From Octopus vulgaris (Eukaryota): a stretch of 64,000 nt of DNA. The position numbers and the translations under genes are program-made. Location: positions 66,898,001 through 66,962,000 of the forward strand of contig OX597831.1 of assembly GCA_951406725.2 (NCBI GenBank). Reading direction: 5' to 3'. Below, one piece after another: positions 13,760-26,175 of the stretch; position 1 is the stretch's first letter, and the number at the start of each line of letters is the position of its first letter. The notes under the pieces are model-generated. The model ran no database searches, was not told where the DNA came from, and worked only from the letters and a program-made list of their open reading frames with translations.

Positions 13760-14920
13760 TGAAATACCACAGATGCAATTCTTCCTCGTGAGACAACTGA
13801 ACAAGATACATAAAGAGTAGATCACTATATATGGCATTCATTGACTTGAAGAAAACCTTTGACAGGGTGCCATACCCTGAGAGCTGGTGGTCACTAAGGA
13901 AAATAGGTGAAGGTGAATAGTTTGCAAGGGATATACAAAGGTATGTGCAATAAATAAAGTGAGAGTCAACAATGAATTTAGTATAAAGGTAGGGTTCAAT
14001 CACTTCAGCCTTCCCTCATTTATCATAGGGATCTTTTCGGTTTGAATGGCAGTTTTTTCTAGCAGTGTCATATGAAATCGTCACCCATAATTATGACCCT
14101 AGTATCGATTTATTGCATTTCAATCTGTTTTAGGGTTAGGGGTGGGGCGAAGGGTATCTTTTTTTCTTCACAAATGTAAACAAACCCAATCTGTTTCTTA
14201 AACGAGGAACATATTCATATGGCACAGAATGTTTTTTATCTCAATAGACATCAGTGATTGGTTGAAATAGCAGAAATTGAAGAAAAAAAACAACAAGTAT
14301 CTTACAAACTATAGAATTTTCTCAATAAAGCCAAGAGAAAAAGATGTTTTATAAACACATTCTACCAGTATACGAAGTTTAAAATTTTTTAATTACCTAG
14401 AAATTATGTTAAAAACTGCCGTTCAAACCGAAAAGATCCTATCATGGTCCTACAGATCAACATGGAAGAGTTCAAGATTGGTTGTCCATGAGAACTCTTA
14501 TATACTGATGATGAAGTTCTTATAGCTGAATCTATAGTGGAATTAGGAAAGAAATGCCAAGTTAGAAAGCAATAACTAAAATAGAGAGGCCTTTAGGGTA
14601 AACTTGGCAAGGACTAAGAGGTTAGCAAGCAGAAAAGAAGGCAGGATCCCAGTATTGTCAGAGAAATGGCCTTGCTTGATATGCAAAAATGGAGTAGGCA
14701 TAAACTCCATAGGTTGCATCCAATGTACACAATGGACACACAAGAAAAGTAGTGGAATCACAGACAGGCCTAACAGGGAAGGTAAGCTCTGCATGTGGCA
14801 GATGCACTGGAACAAAACATCTGAAGAACACACTGGAAATATATTCTCTACAATGCTCATTAGAAGTAGTCGGTAGCTTCTAATACTTAGGTAAGATAAT
14901 TAGCAGAAGTGGTTATTTAA
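13760..14920 (+). mobile_element. Highly decayed RTE RT fragment split by a MITE
   Basis: AFIDLKKTFDRVP and LLYTDD-like motifs on either side of the 14029-14439 insertion. Confidence 0.7.
14029..14439. mobile_element. Merlin-like MITE (opposite orientation to 13253-13656)
   Basis: Same TIRs; TSD TATCATAG/TATCATGG. Confidence 0.85.
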
Positions 14921-14928
14921 AAGGTATA

Positions 14929-15585
14929 CTGTAATCACTAGCCATATCGCAGTTCCCCTATTGTGCCTTCAGTACATTACGGATTTTTCTGGCTAATATA
15001 TGTAAATTTATATCACAGACTCCTTAGTATAACGCTGGTTTCTGTGGCTGATAAGTATTTATATTTTTTTGAGATTTTAATTATTTATGTGGTAAAATAA
15101 GCATATTCATGCCTATAAATTGATAAATAAAAATACAGTACAGTACTGCACGGTATAACACATTAATTAGAATATATTAAAAGAAAATACGTAATGTACC
15201 GTAGATGAGTAAACAAAGAATTGTACATACTGTATGGAAAACGAAACTCGAGAGGCAAGTGTGAGGTGTTGTCTTGCATTTGTGTGTAAAATTGTGAATT
15301 TATTTCAAGCCCTACGATGTTGCCCAAACATTGTGCACCTTCTAAGGCTTCTGGCAGTGAACCCAAACACCAGAGGAAGATACTTACTACAGCAGAGAAG
15401 CTTAAGGCAGGGAAAAGGTATGTGGATGAGGCTGACATTACGACATCAATCAATCTACTGTTTACTGCATCAAGAACAACAACAACAACAACAAAATATA
15501 TAAGGGCAATAGCAAAAGTGACTTTTAACAAGACAGCAAAAAGGGCGGTAACTTCCTGCAATAAGACACGTGTACACTTAACGTA
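14929..15585 (+). mobile_element. pogo/Tigger transposon 5' fragment
   Basis: TA|CTGTAATC TIR-like start. PSKASGSEPKHQRKILTTAEK...TFNKTAKRAVTSCNK resembles a CENP-B-type HTH N-terminus. Confidence 0.7.
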
Positions 15586-16645
15586 GTTCTCGGGGATATT
15601 CAGCGTGACACAGAGAGTGACAAGGCTGGCCCTTTGAAATACAGGTACAACAGAAACAGGAAGTAAGAGTGAGAGAAAGTTGTGGTGAAAGAGTACAGCA
15701 GGGATCACCACCATCCCTGCCGGAGCCTCGTGGAGCTTTAGGTGCTTTTGCTCAATAAACACTCACAACGCCCGGTCTGGGAATCGAAACCGCGATCCCA
15801 CGACCGCAAGTCTGCTGCCCTAACCACTGTGCCATTGTGCCTCCACATTGTCTAAGTATATACATGACTGTCTTTGTGTTTGTTCCTATACTGCTTGGCA
15901 ACAAATGATGTTGGTTTGTTTACATTCCCGTAACTTAGTGGTTCAGCTAAGGAGATAAATCGTACAATGAGAGCATGCAGGTGGCATGTAAAAAGCACCC
16001 ACTACACTCTCGAAGTGGTTGGTGTTAGGAAAGGCATCCAGTTGTAGAAACTTTGCCAGATCAGATTGAGCATGATGCAGCCTCTGGCTCACCAGTCCTC
16101 AATCAAACTGTCCAACACATGCCAGCATGGAAAGCGGATGTTAAACAATGATGATGATGATATGTATGTGTGTGTACATGTGAACAACATCATCTTCATT
16201 TTAACAACCATTTTCCCATGCTTGCATCAATCAAATGGATTTTGTTAAGGTAGATCTCTACAGCTGAATAACTTGTTACCAACCCTTACCTGTTTTCAAG
16301 TAAGGAAGTTGATTTTTTCCCTATGACCAATTATGTTTCCAGAGAGGATTGGAAACAAATGGGATATGAGTAGTGGGAGATATTCTATAGATGAACCTAT
16401 GGTTATTCAGTTGAAGGAGCCTCTCACTGCTCCACAATAACCTTATATTATATTGCTACACTGGCATCCCTGGATATGACCTCTGCTTTATACATAACTC
16501 TTTGTATTACACTCATTGTTAAATAGGCATGTCTTGTTACATCTGCATAGCAATTTGCTAGGTTTGGGACTATTAGCTAAGATCTGCTACATATTTGTTG
16601 TGCAGCTAAAAAAGATACTCAGCGTAAGTCAATTGAATATATTAA

Positions 16646-16867
16646 CCCTTTCGTTACTGTATTTATTTTGAGATGCTCTGTGTTTCTGTTAATTAATTTT
16701 AAATATAACAAAGAATTTAGTAAAAGAACTTAGTTATCATTAAGCTAGCGTTGAGAACATAAATTGTGACTAAGGTTTGGTGGAAGATTTTTATTCAGTA
16801 CTTATGAAAACAAGACATTTGTACTACAGAGCCAGAGGCAGTTTTGGCCGGGTTGGTATCAAAAGGG
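16646..16867. mobile_element. piggyBac-like MITE (related copy at about 28735-28938)
   Basis: TTAA|CCCTTT...AAAGGG termini; the internal sequence is shared with the second copy. Confidence 0.6.
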
Positions 16868-18269
16868 TGTGCAGGTGGAAAATGTCTATCCATTAATCTA
16901 AGGAAGGCTCTACATATACAGGTCTTAACATTTAGAGAGAATGGAAGTGCAAACTACTTTACTGTGGTTGCTTTCTTTTTAGGGAGGCTGGGTTGGGTAT
17001 ATAATTAATCCAGTCCTTAAAACTGCTCGCAGCTCAGACCTTGTTATAGTAAACGGCTGCCCTATTAAAGATCCCCTTACTGAAGGATAGTAACTTTCAT
17101 GAAGTTTTTAATTAAACCAAGTCAAAAATATTTTCTCTCAACACTCCAATAACATACCATGTATGTGTGTGTGCGCACATACATAAGTATGGTCTTCAGG
17201 TTTATTCCTAATCCTTCCAATAGGTTTGGGTGTCTTCAAATGACATGAATGGTTCAAAATGCTAGGGCTCCTTTATTACAGCATGCTAACATATTTTATG
17301 CATTTATGAATTTTAGGAGCAGTGTTGTTTTTGGTGGTGCTATATGAATAATGGAGTGGTTGAAGCCAAGCATTGAGCAGACCTTACCATTATAGAATTT
17401 CAAATATATTGCATTTAAATATATACTATTCATAAAAATGTATACAACACATAAAAAGCACCATCCGAACGTGGCCGTTGCCACGTTAAAATCTCCAACC
17501 GATCGTGGCCAATGCCGGACCCCCCTGGCACCTGTGCAGGTGGCACGTAAAAAGCACCCACTACACTCGCGGAGTGGTTGGCGTTAGGAAGGGCATCCAG
17601 CTGTAGAAACTCTGCCAGATCAGACTGGAGCCTGGTGCAGCCCCTGGCTTCCCAGACCCCGGTCGAACCGTCCAACCCGTGCTAGCGCAGAAAACGGATG
17701 TTAAACAATGATGATGATGATGACTATTCAATGATGATAAGGTGTGATTTGAAGGTTTAGCAGCTGATTCTAGCTGGTACTTCCTGCTCACCTCACCTGC
17801 ATACAAATTTGAAACTGTCATTTGACGAAACCTCTAAAATAATTAAGAGCAAAAACAAAAGTTTAAGTCTTTTAAAACAATACAGATGCATACTTATGAA
17901 ATTATGAGACGGTAATCTTTGGTTTGCTTTCATTATCAGTCCCACATATTTATGAACCTAAAACCAAAGATTGCCCACAATATTAATGATTCATTATTTT
18001 TCTCAGCACAGATGCATCCCACATATGTTCATCATTTGCTCTAGTTCTCTATTCCTGGGGTAGAGGCTCCTTGTTTGGCTCACGAAGCCTACCACTGGCA
18101 TTCAGCCAAAGTCAACTCTGACTGCATATATCTATGATCAATGGGTATTCTAGCTGTGATCATCCGTCGTCAGAGGTATCCAAGATTGTTTATATAATGT
18201 GGCCCCCTTTTTTACGATGGCTGAGTATGATCATAAAAATTGGGGGCCATTTACAGTAGGTTGATAGGG

Positions 18270-18487
18270 GGCGGCGAGCTGGCAGAAACGTTAGCATGCC
18301 GGGCGAAATGCGTAGCCGTATTTCGTCTGCCGTTACGTTCTGAGTTCAAATTCCGCTGAGGTTGACTTTGCCTTTCATCCTTTCGGGGTCGATAAATTAA
18401 GTACCAGTTACGTACTGGAGTCGATGTAATCGACTTAATCCATTTGTCCCCTCTGTGTTTAGCCCCTTGTGGGTAGTAAAAAAATAG
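18270..18487 (+). mobile_element. tRNA-derived SINE with Meta-domain-like core
   Basis: GGCGGCGAGCTGGCAGAA head, GAGTTCAAATTC B-box and GCCTTTCATCCTTTCGGGGTCGATAAA core. Many copies (19915-20144, 42384-42615, 45535-45910, 47200-47410). Confidence 0.75.
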
Positions 18488-18489
18488 GA

Positions 18490-19396
18490 GGCATATGCCT
18501 CCTGACTTTGTTTTCTCATAACTCTGATAAAATGGAGACTAGGTTTCAGATGGATTAGAATACGATTATATCGGAATTTGTTATGAAAAGTATTTTCGAA
18601 GTTGGGCAGAAAGGGAGTTTCAGGTAATTCACACGCCTCCACTGTTGCCTTACTACTTTCCGAAAAATAGGTATTTTTAAATAAATTTTTTTACAACTAC
18701 ATTTTAGATGGTGTAGAATAGGATTATATTGGAAATTAATGTGTAAAATAATATGTGGGTATGTATGGACATTTTGCGCACCTTGACTTTGATTCTTCAT
18801 ACGTTTTGATGATGTAGATTAAAAAAAGTCGAGAAAAAAAATTATATCCATAGCGAGGTGTGTGGATTAAGTGAAACTTCCTACCGGCCTTTTAAAAAAA
18901 TTTGCAGATTCTAATACAATTATAATCTACACCATCTCAAAGGTATTAGTAAAAAAATTATTAAAATATACTGAGATGCAGCACGGATTTTTGTCAGTGA
19001 ACAGGTCGCGGTCTCAAAGCGACGAAAATATTTTGACAAATTAAACTTAAATGTTGAAGTGAATCGAACGGTTTTGTGTGTTTCTTAAATGGCTTACAAA
19101 CACCTTTCACGCTGCAATTGTTTTCGTTCCAGCACACGATCTCATATCAAGTCACTTGCTATGCAAGTACATCTCCGTAATAAAATATACTCATTTTTAT
19201 GAAAGTTTCAAGAAAACAAAGTTGAAGCGTGTGAATTATCCGAAACTCACCCACCTCCATAGAAATGTTCATAACAAATTCCGATATAATCTATACTACG
19301 TCATCTGAAAAGCATTTGTAGGAAATTTCATGACAATAAATAATTGCCCATTTCTTTAAAAGTTATGAAAAAACTAAAGTCAGGGGTGGTGCACCC
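18490..19396. mobile_element. ~900-bp foldback DNA element with long imperfect inverted termini
   Basis: CCTGACTTTGTTTTCTCATAACT vs AGTTATGAAAAAACTAAAGTCAGG; TTATATCGGAATTTGTTATGAA vs TTCATAACAAATTCCGATATAA. Confidence 0.7.
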
Positions 19397-19512
19397 TTCT
19401 ATGATGCCGTCGACAGATTGCAAAGTGGTTCCATAATAATAATAAAGTTGGAAGAGTAATAAAGGAAACGAAAGTAGAGAAGAAAAAAGACGGTGGTGAA
19501 CATGGTATTTAC

Positions 19513-19557
19513 CGATTCTTTGGGCGATCTCTGTGGTGTCTTCCCGAATAGTCCCAT
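19513..19557 (-). CDS. CHMP3: CHMP3/VPS24 (ESCRT-III subunit), coding exon 1
   Basis: MGLFGKTPQRSPKES followed by a GTAAAT donor. This matches the conserved CHMP3 N-terminus (human MGLFGKTQEKPPKEL) and its 45-nt first coding exon. Downstream exons were not found in the window. Confidence 0.82.
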
Positions 19558-19599
19558 TTCGAAGTGTTTATGATATTCACACCTTGTATCACTGTGCCC

Positions 19600-19720
19600 G
19601 CGACCACCGTGGAAACTTCCGTCTCCGCATGCGCAGAGAACGCAAGACAAGTGACGGAAGTTTTGCTATTGTTGTCAGTTTCTCGAAGACGCGTCGCCAT
19701 GTGCCGTTGTTTTGGTCGCA
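19600..19720 (-). promoter_or_regulatory. CpG-rich CHMP3 promoter with NRF1/Ewg and ETS-like motifs
   Basis: CCGCATGCGCA at 19625-19635, ACTTCCGT at 19615 and ACGGAAGT at 19654; locally CpG-dense. Confidence 0.55.
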
Positions 19721-19809
19721 GTGACAAACAGGCATCGAATCAACTGGATTTCAGCCATATCCCACTTATTTTCCTAAGACAACTAGCCATACAGAATTAT
19801 TTGTTCTTC

Positions 19810-20365
19810 GGATCTTTTCGGTTTGAACGGCAGTTTTTTCTAGCGGTGTCGTATGAAATTGTCACCCATAATTATGACCCTAGTATCGATCTATTGCATT
19901 TCAACATGTTTTAGGGCGGCGAGCTGGCAGAATCGTTAGCACGCCGGGCGAAATGCTAAGCGGTATTTCGTCTGCCGCTACGTTCTGAGTTCAAATTCCG
20001 CCTAGGTCGACTTTGCCTTTCATCCTTTCGGGGTCGATAAATTAAGTACCAGTTACGCACTGGGGTCGATATAATCGACTTAATCCGTTTGTCTGTCCTT
20101 GTTTGTCCCTCCTGTGTTTAGCCCCTTGTGGGTAGTAAAGAAATATGTTTTAGGGTTAGGGGTGGGGGGAAGGGTATCTTTTTTTCTTCACAAATGTAAA
20201 TAAACCCGGATCTTTTCGGTTTGAACGGCAGTTTTTAACATAATTTCTAGGTAACTAAAAAAATTTAAACTTCGTTTAACTGGTAGAATGTGTTTATAAA
20301 ACATCTTTTTCTCTTAGCTTTATTGAGAAAATTCTATGGTTTGTAAGATATTTGTTGTTTTTCTT
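19810..20365. mobile_element. Nested Merlin-like MITEs with a SINE insertion
   Basis: TIR at 19810; SINE 19915-20144 flanked by TSD ATGTTTTAG; a second, inverted MITE copy starts at 20208. Confidence 0.8.
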
Positions 20366-21199
20366 TAATAGGAATAGTGGGGAACATCATAGCCATGGAT
20401 TGAGAGGAATTCTTTGGGGTTTGGATAATACATGTCTGGAAACACGAATGTTTTGTTTAACATCTTTAAATAACCCTTATTCGGGGACATTTTGATTGAT
20501 ACAGGCTACCCAACCTCAAGGAAATTCTAACTGGGCCCCACCTGAGGTCATCATGTCATGTACATATGATTGTGATGCATGTGTCTGACGTATCCTTATC
20601 AGACGAGTAGTCATGATGGGTATATTGAGTTTTGTATATTTGTACTCCAGTGTCACTTTGATGGCATGCACTGATCACTTACTCCATAATAATAGTAATG
20701 TTGATGACGATGATGATTTCTTTTATTAGCACAGGGGCAGAGATGAGCAGGACATCACTAAGGCAGTCTACAATCTGTGTCGGGCTTACACAAAAAATGA
20801 GGGGAAGGAATGAGAAACATATCATCATCGTTTAACGTCTGCTTTCCATGCTGGCATGGATTGGACGATATGACTATGGGCTGGCAAACCAGATGGCTGC
20901 ACCAGGCTCCTGTCTTGATTTGGCAGTTTCTACAGCTGGATGCCCTTCCTAACGCCAACCACTCCGAGAGTGTAGTGGGTGCTTTTACGTGCCACTTGCA
21001 CAGGGCAGTACTGGCAACGACCTCACTCAAATCCTTTTATACATGCTACCAGCACAGGTGCCAGAAGGTGATTTTGGTTACAATCACGCTTGGATGGTGC
21101 TCTTGGCACAAACATAGTGAAATGAAATAAAAGTGTACATAATATACAGAGTATATGATAACATAACTGATGCAGGAGAAACTACAAGTAGGGTCAATC

Positions 21200-21870
21200 G
21201 AGGAACCTCACAGATCCAGGATTACATTGATCATCAGAAGCATATGAGCCTTTGCCCAACTGTTGTTCTCCACTCTATAGGTGTTTGCTTAGAGTAGGTT
21301 CATTTTTGCTATAATCACCCACCTTTTCACAAATTTACTGGGAGGTAGCACTTCCCTCTCCATCCTCACTTTCTTTCCAAGTGAAACCTGAAATAGTCAA
21401 CGAGGGTTTTATTGAAGAGGAAGGTATATTTCTTCAATACTTTCAGCCTTCACCTCACAACCTCTTTGCCATAGTCTCTAGATAAAGAAACACCACCTGC
21501 CCTGCCTAGTTAACGGTGAGTGGTGGGGTGATCCTCAATGGATTTGGCCAATAGTTGGATTTGTCTTGCATGCGATAACAGCTGTTTGACATAACTCTGC
21601 AAGCAAGCAATGCTCAGACTCTGCATGAGTATGTAGAGCACAGTTTCACTGTTCTGTGTGTATCTCAGGCAGTCCCAAATGGTGGCATTTCTATGCCTGC
21701 TGAGTTTATCTCAAACTAGCAGTGCTCCTCGGTAGCACTGCAAGGCCAGGGATTTCTGGAAGTCACCCATAGTAGTGGTGGGCCCAAAAGCCCTCTAAAA
21801 CAGACCAGGTAATTCATTCTCATCAATGCCTAGAATTTCTCCAAGAATGTTGTTGCCCTCACCCACCAAC
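21200..21870 (-). mobile_element. Decayed L1-Tx1 ORF2 3' fragment
   Basis: GTAGCACTGCAAGGCCAGGGATTTCTGGAAGT is homologous to 52268-52300 in the large Tx1 copy. Confidence 0.6.
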
Positions 21871-21934
21871 TGTAATTATCTATGTACAAGTGTATTGTAT
21901 CTTTGAAGTTTTTCATGGAATAACTAGTTGGGTT

Positions 21935-22610
21935 TCGGTAGTGTGGGTTATGGTCTAGTCACCCGTATTGTAAATCAGGTGGTTCCTGAAGGAGTCATAC
22001 TCAATGACTGGTGTAGCAGTACTATAGTCAACTGCTACAAAGGTAAAGGTGATGCCTTTGATAGAAATAGCTACAGAGGTATCAAATTGTTGGATCAGGT
22101 GATGAAAGTTACAGAGAGGGTCATAGCCCAACTAATTAGGGAGAGAATTAGTCTAGATGAGATGCAGTTTGGTCTGGTAAGGCAACTGCAAGAGAAATAC
22201 CTAACCAAAGATAAACCTCTGTGCTTGGCTTTTGTTGATTTGGAGAAAGCTTTTGACAGTGCCCCGTCTCTTATCTGGTGGTCAATGTGGAAACTAGGGA
22301 TAGACAAGTGGTTGGTGAGAGCCATACAAGCCTTGTACAGGGACACTACCAGTAAGGTGAGGGTGGGCAACAAGTACAGTGAAGAATTCAGGGTACAAGT
22401 TGGGGTTCACCAAGGATCGGGGCTCAGCCCTCTCTTGTTTATTATAGTCCTCCAGGCAATAATGAAGGAATTCAAGATAGGCTGCCCCTGGGAGCTCTTC
22501 TATGCTGATGACCTTGCTCTTATAGCTGAATTACTACCTGAACTAGAGAAGAAGCTCCAGGTAATCAAAGGGCCTCAGAGTTAACATAGCAAAAACCAAA
22601 GTCATAGTAA
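21935..22610 (+). pseudogene. RTE reverse transcriptase fragment
   Basis: YKGKGDA..RNSYRGIKLL, AFVDLEKAFD, GVHQGS and YADDLAL in a 218-aa ORF. Confidence 0.9.
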
Positions 22611-22619
22611 CTCATCCAC

Positions 22620-24045
22620 TCATATAGGTTATGCTATTGTGGCATTGTAATAGAGGGCTGCCCTTTTTGAAAGTAGCTTCATCAGTGGATAGGTTGGAAA
22701 CACACCTGCAAATACTGTTGACTAATTGCTTAATTAATGATGGTGGATGGTTATTAATGTCTTGGAAATTAACTTCTTAAAGGTTAGTGTTAACTGTAGT
22801 TTTTAGGTTTAGTTGACTAAATATTTTGCATAATTTTTTCCTTATCTTATCCATATCATGTCCATTTTTGTTATGCACTACTCCGAGATCATAATCCCAA
22901 TATAATCCTGTGTTGGCTTCTTTTATTTCATTTTGAAGGACATGTAGGATGTAAAAGCCAACTAGATCCACTATATCTGTTCCATTGTTGATCCCCATAG
23001 TGACATCAAATAGCTAATCTCCATTCTTTTTCACCCAGTAAGCAATTCAATATAATGGCTATATTGGTGTTAGTGATGGTTGTCTATGCCTGAATGCCTT
23101 CTGGAGATTGGAAGGGTAAAACTCCATGATGTCAAACTGGACGAATTTCATTTGAGCTTATCTTCAATTTTCTTGAACCATTCAATGGTTGTGCTGTTAC
23201 ATATCCATTGAATAAGGTTTAAGAAAGCTCTTAGGTATCATATGATGTTATTTAATATAGAGTTGCTGATAATGCCTGTTTTGCTTTTTATATGATGTAT
23301 TAATTACAGTAAAGGTTTTGTGCAAAATTGTCATTGTAGTCCTTCAGGGTTACAAAAGGCTTTTGTGGCTTGAATTGCTATTAAGTTTCATGGCTAGTGA
23401 TATGGATCATCTCTCTATATATAAATGGCAAAATGTCTGTGTGTGTGTCCTTTATACAAATCCACAATTTTTCAGTTAGAGAACTCGCACTTTCTTTGGT
23501 CATTCAAAACCGTCCAAAGGTGGTCGTGCACATCTTTACATTTCCCTGGTCACCCCACAAAGCAATTTTTTGTGAATTTTATACCCAAAACCCAATCAAA
23601 ATGCCCGAAACTTGATACGTCAATTGAATGCCAGTTAGCTGTATGTGACTGGTCGGAGATTTGGACAGTACTCGCGTGTATGTGCACACGTACGCATCTG
23701 TATATGCATGCACTAGCACTATCACCCGGCGTTGCCAGGTCATAGTGCTAGCTTTTTATATTATTGATTAGCAGATTATGTGTGCAGTTGTTTACCACAC
23801 ATAAACATTTTTAGTTTTATCTGCCTTCATAAATGTGTTTGAAGACTTCTTAAAAGGTTCAATAAATGCTTATAATTGCTGTTGGAAGCTATTAGATCTA
23901 TGGTTGATTATAACATTTTAAATTAATTTCATGAGGTTGTTTTCAACTCTATCTAGAGTGTTAATATGTAGTGGGTTTTTGTAAGATCTGAAATTGTAAC
24001 TAACCTCCAAACTTAGATTGGATGAACGTAAACAAAATGCATGTC
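22620..24045 (-). mobile_element. Penelope-like element RT fragment, split by a Helitron
   Basis: MG..NGTDIVDLVGFYIL...GLYWDYDL...DKIRKKLCKIF resembles the PLE RT consensus (GS.DGAEVCELVG...GLYRDDGL). Confidence 0.7.
23410..23751 (+). mobile_element. Non-autonomous Helitron
   Basis: A|TC 5' end, subterminal hairpin ACCCGGC-GTT-GCCAGGT and 3' CTAG. The 5' region is shared with 40379. Confidence 0.7.
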
Positions 24046-24477
24046 GCAGGTGTGTGTATGTGTGTATATAAATGTGTGTATGCATGTATACATATATGTG
24101 TGTATGTATGCGTACATACATATATGTATATATTTATTAATATAGACATTCCAGCTTAAAATGATTAAAGAATTAATCTGTGGTGAACACAGTTTCTTGC
24201 ATAAATCGAAGGCTAATGCAAGGGAGATAACAACATTTTCTTAGAGTTACCTCCCATGATCAGTGTATTTCAAAATGCTGTTCAGTCTCATGCAACTTCC
24301 TGAATTCTCATCCAAAATGGAGATGAGTATCAACACTTCCATGTTGAATACTTGAACAATTGTGAAATTTTTTTACTGAAACCATTGGTTGCTTTGATGA
24401 CCCACAAATAGAAAATATTTATCCACAAATACAGTGTTGAGCACTCATTCTCACTGTTTGATATTAGTATGCGTGCA

Positions 24478-24524
<47 letters not shown>

Positions 24525-25949
24525 ACAAAATAATAAATAAAACATATGCATATATACATACATATATGTATGTACCTACATCTATATGTATATATACATG
24601 CATATTAGGGTACAGGACACAAAAAAAAACGTCAAACACAATGAGAAACGTAAACATAAAAACAAAACCAAGGAAATGGACATTTTTCTTAAACAACGAA
24701 AAAACAGAGTACAAGACATACAACACAAGGAAAATTCCCTTTCTTCAGCCGCCTCTGTTTCATCTACTCTGCATTTCGAAGGTAAAGGCAAGACACGACT
24801 TTTTTGAAACAATCCTTCCCGCGAAGTAAATTAAATAAAATTTGAGATTTTTTCAGTAAGCACATAAATGCAAAGCTGTGAAAACATTACAAAACTGTTA
24901 CTCAGAGTTTCACATTTCTGTTGGTCAGACAGTTGTGATCAGGAGTGGAATAAAATTGTGATGGTACATATAATATATGGTTTGATATAATGCTATTTGA
25001 CAAATGAGCATTTGAATTTGATTGGGTAACTTATTTTCAAAATATAAATGGTGATGTATTCACTAATTGTTGGGAAGGTTGAAGGTGTATAAAATATGAA
25101 TATATTATATTATATAATATCATTAAAACCTTGAGTGAAGAAAAGAGTGATGCATGTCCAGAAGGGGTTAATTAATAATTAATAGAGGTGCAAGTTTGTT
25201 TTTCATCATCATTTAACGTCCTCTTTCCATGCTAGCATGGGTCGGACGGTTCAACTGGGGTCTGGGAAGCCAGAAGGCTGAACCAGGCCAAGTCTGATCT
25301 GGCAGTGTTTCTATGGCTGGATGCTCTTCCTAACGCCAACCACTCCGTGAGTGTAGTGGGTGCTTTTTACATGCCACCGGCACAGGTGCCAGATGAGGCT
25401 GGCAAATGGCCACGATCGGATGGTGCTTTTTATGTGCCAAAATTAAAAACCATGGATTGAAGAATTTTTTAGGTTGAAAAGTCAGTGTATGCTGCATATA
25501 TACACATACATACAAGTATAAAGATGAGGTGGAGAAAAGTTACATTGCATTGAAATTCACCAAAAACATGTAATTTTTTTCCTTGTAACACCATGTGCTA
25601 CCTTTTTAGATTTAGTTAAATTCAGCTTACTGACTTATTTCCACGTTTTTTTTAGTTTACAATAATAATGTCACTACCCGTGTCCAACTGCATTTTAACA
25701 CTTATATTTCTGATCTTCACTTTCATGAATTTTCTTATCATTATATTGTTAATTTCTTCCAATCATCATCATCATCATCGTTTAACATCCACTTTCCATG
25801 CTAGCATGGGTTGGACGATTCGACCGGGGTCTGGAAAGCCAGGAAGCTGCACCGGGCCCAGTCTGATCTGGCAGTGTTTCTACAGCTGGATGCCCTTCCT
25901 AATGCCAACCACTCCGAGAGTGTAGTGGGTGCTTTTTACGTGCCACCTG

Positions 25950-26175
25950 TATATTCTTAAGAAATTTGTCAGTGCTTTGTCATTGCTTAATTCATTCCTT
26001 GCTTTTCTTAATGCACTCTTAAAGGTGTCCACAAATCTTTTTACCTGCCCGTTTGACCTTGGGTGGTAGGGTGAAGTGAAAATATGCTTTATCATATGCC
26101 TTTCAAAGAAGTTCTTAAATTCCCCAGAGAACTGCATTCCATTGTCTGAAACTAGCATATCAGGGATACCTAATT
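25950..26175 (-). pseudogene. Gypsy/Ty3 integrase core fragment
   Basis: GIPDMLVSDNGMQF...HIFTSPYHPRSNGQVKRFVDTFK (rve motif). Confidence 0.85.

Noticed and set aside
17897-17957. Possible CHMP3 exon 2 (TTTTAG|VHKYVGLIMK...)
   Set aside because: The peptide does not match conserved CHMP3 and the donor reads AT, not GT.
18270-18360. tRNA-like A/B boxes
   Set aside because: SINE heads continuing into repeat bodies; no complete cloverleaf.
24730-24785. Permuted (type II) hammerhead on the minus strand (similar at 60340-60390)
   Set aside because: GAAA and CTGANGA are present, but stems I and III cannot be formed convincingly.
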